A stretch of 5,932 bases of DNA from a virus (lineage: Duplodnaviria > Heunggongvirae > Uroviricota > Caudoviricetes). The notes under the pieces are model-generated. The model was given only the letters and a program-made list of their open reading frames with translations, was not told where the DNA came from and ran no database searches. This document shows positions 1 through 4,756 of this stretch, one piece after another (positions within the stretch are counted from its first letter, which is position 1; the number at the start of each line of letters is the position of its first letter). Both the position numbers and the translations under genes were made by a program. The DNA is taken from the IMG/VR virus record IMGVR_UViG_2563366939_000005; one strand, given 5' to 3'.

Positions 1-218
1 GCGTTTAAATCAGCAAAAGACTTTGCGCTTCCGGTCAGAATATCGTGATGCATCAGGCCGGAAACGAGCTGGCTTAATTTCGGGTAATAACCAACCACCG
101 CCAGCCATTCCTGACCGGCGTTTTTACCGCTTTCAGCTCTCTTTTTCTCGTGGAGAATAAACTGAAAGCTGTCACTGGTAACGACATAACGTTCGCCAAT
201 TTCAATACGAATACTCAT
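1..218 (-). CDS. Conserved phage early protein, N-terminal 72 codons only (possibly P2 Orf83-like); continues past window start
   Basis: Hand translation of the reverse strand from ATG at 218..216 gives MSIRIEIGERYVVTSDSFQFILHEKKRAESGKNAGQEWLAVVGYYPKLSQLVSGLMHHDILTGSAKSFADLN with no stop before position 1. The ATG overlaps the stop of the upstream TraR-like gene (ATGA). Absent from the ORF track because it has no stop in the window. It does not resemble the P2 A protein N-terminus as I recall it. Confidence 0.55.
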   Translation of the reverse strand, partial: MSIRIEIGERYVVTSDSFQFILHEKKRAESGKNAGQEWLAVVGYYPKLSQLVSGLMHHDILTGSAKSFADLN

Positions 219-439
219 GCCGTTCTCCGGTAATGTTTGTTTTTTGCTTCAAAGACTGACTGGCAGGAAACACAACGCGTGGCTGACGGATAAGCCGCAC
301 GACGGGCAGCAGGTATTGGCGCGTCACACTCTTCGCAAACCAGCGCAGAAGCACCGCAATGTTTTACCCTTGCCGCGTTAATCTGGCGCTCCAGTAATTC
401 AGCCTGTTGTTCCTGAATAAAATCTACGTTGCCCGGCAT
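215..439 (-). CDS. TraR/DksA-family C4 zinc-finger protein (P2 Orf82-like)
   Basis: 74 aa with two CxxC pairs (CEEC and CVSC) in the spacing typical of the TraR/DksA zinc ribbon. ATG at 439..437 preceded by AAGGA. Its start overlaps the stop of the upstream ORF (TAATG). Confidence 0.8.
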   Translation of the reverse strand: MPGNVDFIQEQQAELLERQINAARVKHCGASALVCEECDAPIPAARRAAYPSATRCVSCQSVFEAKNKHYRRTA

Positions 440-729
440 TACCAGTTCCTTTTGTCGTTCAGTTTCTTAAATTCATCAGCGCAATAGCTGGTGACTTCTG
501 TCGTTAATTTTGTCAGTTCATCCACGGAGGAAATTTGCTTATGAAATACAGCGCGTTTAACAAGTAAATTGACCACATCAGATAGGAGATTTAATTTATC
601 CGCATAAATGGCTATAGTTGATTCCACCATATCCCCAGTGTTTTTATCGCGTTTAATATCAGCTAGCGACAAATCACCATTTTTCATAACTGAAATCTTC
701 AACCAGTTATTAAGCAATATACTTTTCAT
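439..729 (-). CDS. Hypothetical small protein, 96 aa, AT-rich; candidate prophage accessory (moron) gene
   Basis: Uninterrupted ORF starting at ATG 729..727, coupled by ATGA overlap to the ORF upstream and by TAATG to the TraR-like gene downstream. GC about 35% by hand count (103 of 291), clearly below the flanking phage genes. No recognisable motif. Confidence 0.6.
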   Translation of the reverse strand: MKSILLNNWLKISVMKNGDLSLADIKRDKNTGDMVESTIAIYADKLNLLSDVVNLLVKRAVFHKQISSVDELTKLTTEVTSYCADEFKKLNDKRNW

Positions 730-971
730 TCGCTATATGCCCTCTCCGCAGAATCAATCATTTCCCGGCCATTATCGGTAATACAGAAACCTTCTCTTGA
801 TTTGGTCACAAGCCCCCATTTCCCCATTGCTATAAATGCTTTTTCCACACGACTAGGCCAGGAGTGGAAGACATCGCTTGAAGGATGTAGTGGAGTCTTG
901 TCATCTAATTTTTTAAGTAATGAAAGTTGATAATCCGTTAAGCGTTTCCTGAACCATTTTGTATTTGTCAT
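726..971 (-). CDS. Hypothetical small protein, about 81 aa (possibly P2 Orf81-like)
   Basis: The ORF track entry 726..977 begins at a TTG. The ATG two codons in (971..969) has an AGGAAA Shine-Dalgarno about 7 nt upstream, so I place the start there. GC about 41%. Stop overlaps the next start (ATGA). Confidence 0.55.
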   Translation of the reverse strand: MTNTKWFRKRLTDYQLSLLKKLDDKTPLHPSSDVFHSWPSRVEKAFIAMGKWGLVTKSREGFCITDNGREMIDSAERAYSE

Positions 972-985
972 CTCCAACTTTCCTG

Positions 986-1198
986 TTATTTATTGAGTCC
1001 TAGATTATGGAATTTGGCAGACTCCTGACTGAGCAACTCGACTATCTCCACGCGGGATAACTCCGCCTTTGTGATGTGGCGAATCATGGCATCAAGATGA
1101 GACGAAAAGCGCGTTGCTGCGTCGGCCTGTGCTTCGGTTCTGGCCTGTTGCAGCATTAATGCGTATTTACCGCACTGATTTTCAGAAACTGTATGCAT
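986..1198 (-). CDS. Hypothetical small protein, 70 aa (P2 Orf80-like position)
   Basis: The ORF track entry 986..1231 begins at TTG inside a T8 run. The internal ATG at 1198..1196 is preceded by GGAGA with a 5-nt spacer, giving [18 protein letters not shown].... Sits immediately after gene B as in P2. Confidence 0.6.
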   Translation of the reverse strand: MHTVSENQCGKYALMLQQARTEAQADAATRFSSHLDAMIRHITKAELSRVEIVELLSQESAKFHNLGLNK

Positions 1199-1212
1199 GA
1201 CTTTCTCCAGGC

Positions 1213-1240
1213 AAAAAAAAGCCCCGCACAATTAAGTGCG
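1213..1240 (-). terminator. Possible weak intrinsic terminator or attenuator between B and the orf80-like gene
   Basis: On the minus strand a 5-bp stem (1240..1236 pairing with 1229..1225, loop AATTAA... read as TTAATT) is followed by GGGC and then eight T (1220..1213). The stem is short and the T-run is not immediately adjacent, so this is weak. Confidence 0.25.
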
Positions 1241-1261
1241 TTAAAAACTCTGGTTAATTAC

Positions 1262-1762
1262 TTAATGCAGATATTGCTCTGGTTTTACCGACGTCAGAAT
1301 TGTCGGTGCATACTCAAACAGGCTGAATAATTCACGTAATGCACGGAATAAAGCATCACGCCAGTAACATGACTCTTCATTAATTCGCCAGTATGGCTGG
1401 TTAAATTCTTTTTCTGTCAGTCGTGCGTGCATAAATAAAGTGCGACGCTGACTGACTGTTAAAAAACTAATATATGCATACTCACTTGCGCCAACCTGAC
1501 GGCGTTTTGAGAATGCCCCGCGCAATTCATCAATTGCACATACCAGTCGTTCACGTTCGACGTCGTTCATTTCTTCAAAACGCATCGTTGCGTGACGCTG
1601 TTTTAACTGCGCATGAAAGCAAACCGTTAGCCGTTCGCGTTCCATCATCTGATTATAATAATCGCATGTCTCCTGCCAGCGAGGGACGGCCAGATGCTTA
1701 CCAATTATCCGGCGCATAGTTGCTGGCTGTTTTTCAACGAGATTGAGCGTCATCACTGTCAT
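1262..1762 (-). CDS. B: P2-type replication protein B
   Basis: 166 aa, the same length as P2 gene B product. The translation (…RLTVCFHAQLKQRHATMRFEEMNDVERERLVCAIDELRGAFSKRRQVGASEYAYISFL…YAPTILTSVKPEQYLH) matches my recollection of P2 B closely. ATG at 1762 overlaps the upstream stop (ATGA). Confidence 0.85.
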   Translation of the reverse strand: MTVMTLNLVEKQPATMRRIIGKHLAVPRWQETCDYYNQMMERERLTVCFHAQLKQRHATMRFEEMNDVERERLVCAIDELRGAFSKRRQVGASEYAYISFLTVSQRRTLFMHARLTEKEFNQPYWRINEESCYWRDALFRALRELFSLFEYAPTILTSVKPEQYLH

Positions 1763-1929
1763 TTCCAGACCCTCCGGCTTTTCAGAAAGGTCAGAGCCTT
1801 TTTTAACGGACTCTGTTTTTTGGTACGGATAATGATTCCCTTACGTCCCTTCCCGTGGGTGATGGTGAAGTCAATCGCCCTGGGGCTTTCGTTACGCAAT
1901 AACTGAGCAATACAACGCGGCTCATTCAT
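1759..1929 (-). CDS. Small basic protein, 56 aa (P2 orf78-like position between cox and B)
   Basis: The ORF track gives 1759..1995 (78 aa), but that start would overlap the cox 3' end by 56 nt. The in-frame ATG at 1929..1927 lies 10 nt after the cox stop and has AAGGTGGA about 5 nt upstream. C-terminus is very Lys/Arg-rich (GKGRKGIIIRTKKQSPLKKALTFLKSRRVWK). Confidence 0.45.
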   Translation of the reverse strand: MNEPRCIAQLLRNESPRAIDFTITHGKGRKGIIIRTKKQSPLKKALTFLKSRRVWK

Positions 1930-1939
1930 CCTTTCCACC

Positions 1940-2311
1940 TTAAGCCGCACGGCCATGTCTTGATTTGCTGTAACTAATGCGATTTTTCCAGTCATGCCAC
2001 TCGGTCGGAGCCTCTTCGACTAGTTGTGCCGCATACTTATCCCACTCACGACGATTTACCCATAATTCAGCTTTCCCTCTTGGTTTTAATGGGTCTGTCA
2101 TATAGAAGGCTGGCAGCTTTCCCGCTTTAGCCATTTCAGCCACCGCGCGTGGTGTCTTACCGATGTAAAGAGCAAACCCCTCTTTCGACAGCAAATCTGA
2201 TGGGCGCTCTGAAATCTGAATGCTTTTGCGTTTGGCTTCGTTTTCGAAACTTGCCTCATCGCTAGTTTGACAAGAAATTTCTACATTTGTCGTCACTTTG
2301 CTATCCTCCAT
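1940..2311 (-). CDS. cox: Cox-family excisionase / early-promoter repressor
   Basis: Residues about 40-110 (GFALYIGKTPRAVAEMAKAGKLPAFYMTDPLKPRGKAELWV…WHDW) align with P2 Cox as I recall it (FAKLIGKSTGAVRRMIDKGKLPVIDMTDP…). First gene of the minus-strand operon, divergent from C. Start is uncertain: ATG at 2311, or GTG at 2296 which has a GGAGGA Shine-Dalgarno at ideal 7-nt spacing. Confidence 0.8.
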   Translation of the reverse strand: MEDSKVTTNVEISCQTSDEASFENEAKRKSIQISERPSDLLSKEGFALYIGKTPRAVAEMAKAGKLPAFYMTDPLKPRGKAELWVNRREWDKYAAQLVEEAPTEWHDWKNRISYSKSRHGRAA

Positions 2312-2411
2312 AAGATTTGTAATTCACCAACTGGAGCCATCTAGAGCCTTTTTGAGTGCATCACAAATTGCCAAGTGGCCATATAATTGGAGATTAGCAA
2401 AATTATGTCAA
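2312..2411. promoter_or_regulatory. Divergent lysis-lysogeny switch region between cox and C (candidate promoters and operator repeats)
   Basis: About 93 bp between the divergent cox and C starts. Minus strand has a consensus -35 TTGACA (2411..2406, overlapping the C start codon), a 17-nt spacer and a -10-like AATTAT (2388..2383). A 9-bp direct repeat TNGAGCCNT occurs at 2332..2340 and 2342..2350, one helical turn apart. Plus strand has TATAAT at 2382..2387 without a well-spaced -35. Confidence 0.4.
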
Positions 2412-2704
2412 GTGAACAAAGCGAGAAATTAAAGCTCATCCGTGAATCCGAACGCCTTAAAACTAAGGAACTTGCTGAATTAATTGGAATTAATTACTAC
2501 ACATATCATGGATATGAATCAGGGAAATCAAAAATGCCTATGGAAGCAGGTATGAAGCTGTTTAAGCATCCACGCTTTCGCAAGTATCGTGACTGGTTCA
2601 TGTTTGATGAAATAGATCCCGAAGCTGGACAAATAGCCCCGGCTCTCGCACACATTGGGCAAGACTCAACAACCTTGCACCACTCAGACCAAAAGACTGG
2701 CTGA
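2405..2704 (+). CDS. C: P2 C-type immunity repressor
   Basis: The ORF track entry starts at TTG 2387; the ATG at 2405 gives a 99-aa product, the size of P2 C. The C-terminal third (…DEIDPEAGQIAPALAHIGQDSTTLHHSDQKTG) matches the conserved P2 C region as I recall it. Immediately upstream of int on the same strand, as in P2. Confidence 0.85.
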   Translation: MSSEQSEKLKLIRESERLKTKELAELIGINYYTYHGYESGKSKMPMEAGMKLFKHPRFRKYRDWFMFDEIDPEAGQIAPALAHIGQDSTTLHHSDQKTG

Positions 2705-2797
2705 CGATTTATTCAGCATATGTGTGCAGTAAATGTACGAAAGAAAATTGCATTAATTTTCAAGTAGTAGAAGTAAACAGCGTCATCGGAGGGCTTT

Positions 2798-3793
2798 ATG
2801 TCTATTAAAAAGCTCGATGATGGTCGTTATGAAGTGGACGTCAGACCGCAGGGTACAGATGGAAAACGTATCAGGCGGAAATTTAAAACTAAGGGTGAAG
2901 CTCAAGCATTCGAACGTCATGTACTGGTTAACTACCACAACAAAGAGTGGTTGGAGAAGCCAGCCGACCGCCGAACTCTTACAGAGTTGTTAGGCAGATG
3001 GTGGATATATCACGGAAAATCACATGAGCGTGGAGATATTGAACGGGGGCGTTTGACGACAATAATCGCCAAATTTGCAGAAATGGGAGTATCCAGAGCT
3101 GACCAGCTAACAAAGAAAACGATAACTGATTATCGCGTTGTAATGATGAACGATGGTCTAAAACCAGCCAGCGTAAATCGGCATCTGGCAATAATGAGCG
3201 GGATGTTCACCAAATTAATTGACGCCGGTGAATACCACTCTCACAACCCGTTCCGTGAGGTTAAGCGGTTACGTGAAGCTGTTACGGAAATGGCTTTTTT
3301 GTCCAGTGAAGAGATTACGCGGCTGTTATCCATGCTTGATGGTGATGAATTAAATGCGACTCTGGTCTGCCTTTCTACTGGTGGACGCTGGAGTGAAGTG
3401 TCTAATTTAAAAGCTGAACACATCATTAACCAGATGGTTACGTTTATGAAAACTAAAAACGGAAAGCGCAGGACAATTCCCGTTTCGCCGGACTTGATTA
3501 AACGGATCAAGACCAAAAATTCAGGCAGGCTTTTTAATGCCAGTTACTACAAAGTGCGCAACGCTCTCAGGGAAGTAAAACCCGATTTACCTGACGGACA
3601 GGCAGTGCATGTTTTGAGGCATACATTTGCCACACATTTTATAATGAATGGAGGTAACATAATCACATTGCAGCGCATCCTGGGTCATTCTAACATTCAG
3701 CAAACTATGACCTACGCACACTTTGCACCGGATTTCTTACAAGATGCTGTGACTCTTAACCCGGTGTCAGGAATGTCCATAATGCGTCCATAA
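2798..3793 (+). CDS. int: Tyrosine recombinase, P2-type phage integrase
   Basis: 331 aa with ATG preceded by GGAGGG. Catalytic signature present: box I Arg (LSTGGRWSEV), HxxR (HVLRHTFATHF) and the nucleophile Tyr (LGHSNIQQTMTYAHF). N-terminus MSIKKLDDGRYEVDVRP resembles P2 Int (MAIKKLDDGRYEVDIRP as recalled). Confidence 0.95.
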   Translation: MSIKKLDDGRYEVDVRPQGTDGKRIRRKFKTKGEAQAFERHVLVNYHNKEWLEKPADRRTLTELLGRWWIYHGKSHERGDIERGRLTTIIAKFAEMGVSRADQLTKKTITDYRVVMMNDGLKPASVNRHLAIMSGMFTKLIDAGEYHSHNPFREVKRLREAVTEMAFLSSEEITRLLSMLDGDELNATLVCLSTGGRWSEVSNLKAEHIINQMVTFMKTKNGKRRTIPVSPDLIKRIKTKNSGRLFNASYYKVRNALREVKPDLPDGQAVHVLRHTFATHFIMNGGNIITLQRILGHSNIQQTMTYAHFAPDFLQDAVTLNPVSGMSIMRP

Positions 3794-3824
3794 ACCAGAG
3801 TTAACTAGAGCCAATTGAAGCGAT
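3794..3824. other. Approximate prophage-chromosome junction (att core somewhere between the int stop and the 5' region of pflA)
   Basis: The last phage gene ends at 3793 and the host pflA frame opens at 3825. The core cannot be delimited without the other prophage end. The AT-rich stretch 3825..3860 followed by GC-richer sequence suggests the true junction may lie inside the annotated 5' end of the pflA ORF. Confidence 0.3.
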
Positions 3825-4622
3825 ATGAGTAATTTAACTAATTGTAATACAACAGAAAATACCGCTGCGGCGGGAGCTACCAAGTCAGTTATTGGTCGCA
3901 TTCACTCCTTTGAATCCTGTGGAACCGTAGACGGCCCGGGTATTCGCTTTATCACCTTTTTCCAGGGCTGCCTGATGCGCTGCCTGTATTGTCATAACCG
4001 CGACACCTGGGATACGCATGGCGGTAAAGAAGTTACCGTTGAAGATTTAATGAAGGAAGTGGTGACCTATCGCCACTTTATGAACGCTTCCGGCGGCGGC
4101 GTTACCGCATCCGGCGGTGAAGCAATCCTACAAGCCGAGTTCGTTCGCGACTGGTTCCGCGCCTGCAAAAAAGAAGGCATTCATACCTGTCTGGACACTA
4201 ACGGTTTTGTTCGTCGTTACGATCCAGTAATTGATGAACTTCTGGAAGTGACCGACCTGGTAATGCTCGATCTCAAACAGATGAACGACGAAATCCACCA
4301 GAATCTGGTAGGCGTTTCCAACCATCGTACACTCGAGTTTGCTAAATATCTGGCGAACAAAAATGTGAAAGTCTGGATACGTTATGTCGTAGTACCTGGC
4401 TGGTCTGACGATGACGATTCAGCTCATCGCCTCGGTGAATTTACTCGCGATATGGGTAACGTCGAAAAAATCGAGCTCCTCCCCTACCATGAGTTAGGCA
4501 AACATAAGTGGGTGGCGATGGGCGAAGAGTACAAACTCGACGGTGTGAAACCACCGAAAAAAGAAACCATGGAGCGAGTGAAAGGGATTCTTGAGCAATA
4601 TGGTCATAAAGTGATGTTCTAA
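3825..4622 (+). CDS. pflA: Pyruvate formate-lyase activating enzyme (radical SAM glycyl-radical activase)
   Basis: Radical-SAM CxxxCxxC motif (CLMRCLYC) and a glycine-rich SAM-binding stretch. From codon 21 onward the translation matches E. coli PflA as I recall it ([40 protein letters not shown]… to …[11 protein letters not shown]). The 5' end given is the only in-frame ATG; see the finding on the start codon. Confidence 0.95.
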   Translation: MSNLTNCNTTENTAAAGATKSVIGRIHSFESCGTVDGPGIRFITFFQGCLMRCLYCHNRDTWDTHGGKEVTVEDLMKEVVTYRHFMNASGGGVTASGGEAILQAEFVRDWFRACKKEGIHTCLDTNGFVRRYDPVIDELLEVTDLVMLDLKQMNDEIHQNLVGVSNHRTLEFAKYLANKNVKVWIRYVVVPGWSDDDDSAHRLGEFTRDMGNVEKIELLPYHELGKHKWVAMGEEYKLDGVKPPKKETMERVKGILEQYGHKVMF

Positions 4623-4672
4623 AACATCATGTGCAGGCTGAATTTCGACCTGCCTCCCCTTCCTTTAGTAGT

Positions 4673-4715
4673 AAAAAGTAAATCAGCGTTGAGAACATGC
4701 TCGACGCTGATTTAC
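4673..4715 (-). terminator. Intrinsic terminator in the convergent pflA/OMP intergenic region (mainly serves the minus-strand gene; may also stop pflA)
   Basis: Perfect 11-bp inverted repeat GTAAATCAGCG (4678..4688) with CGCTGATTTAC (4705..4715), extendable to about 16 bp with one G-U pair, loop AACATG. On the minus strand it is followed directly by five T (4677..4673). On the plus strand the T-tract is weaker and displaced. Confidence 0.55.
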
Positions 4716-4756
4716 TGGATATAATTTCCGAGTTTTAACCTTCTGATTCTACCTCG

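Larger units (their letters stand above)
1..3824. mobile_element. P2-family temperate prophage, immunity/early-region end (continues beyond window start; right boundary approximate)
   Basis: Gene order and orientation match the P2 layout as I recall it: minus-strand early operon (cox, small ORF, B, orf80-83-like) facing plus-strand C repressor and integrase, with int as the last phage gene before host DNA. Recognisable Int, C, Cox and B homologues. Several genes are joined by ATGA/TAATG stop-start overlaps. Confidence 0.85.

Noticed and set aside
1213-1220. A8/T8 homopolymer as a programmed frameshift or phase-variation site
   Set aside because: It lies in an intergenic gap between two separately initiated genes, not inside a coding frame where slippage would matter. 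Better explained as the U-tract of a weak terminator.
986-1231. Longer 81-aa form of the orf80-like ORF starting at TTG 1231
   Set aside because: That start sits inside the T8/hairpin element and would give an [11 protein letters not shown] leader with no ribosome binding site. The ATG at 1198 with GGAGA is far more plausible.
1474-1906. Plus-strand ORFs 1474..1719 (81 aa) and 1694..1906 (70 aa)
   Set aside because: They lie antisense within gene B and the small basic ORF, have no Shine-Dalgarno and give low-complexity Arg/Pro/His-rich translations. Treated as shadow ORFs of the minus-strand operon.
2387-2404. TTG start at 2387 for the C repressor
   Set aside because: No Shine-Dalgarno, and it overlaps the TATAAT element. 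The ATG at 2405 gives a 99-aa product matching the P2 C size and N-terminal pattern.
2979-3516. Minus-strand ORFs 2979..3191 and 3241..3516 inside the integrase gene
   Set aside because: Antisense to a confidently identified tyrosine recombinase, with no independent start signals. Frame artefacts.
3794-3824. tRNA or tmRNA gene as the integration target at the prophage boundary
   Set aside because: Only 31 bp separate int from pflA and no tRNA-like acceptor or T-arm sequence is present. This phage appears to integrate at a protein-gene-proximal site.
4128-4325. Minus-strand ORF 4128..4325 inside pflA
   Set aside because: Antisense to the highly conserved pflA coding sequence. Shadow ORF.
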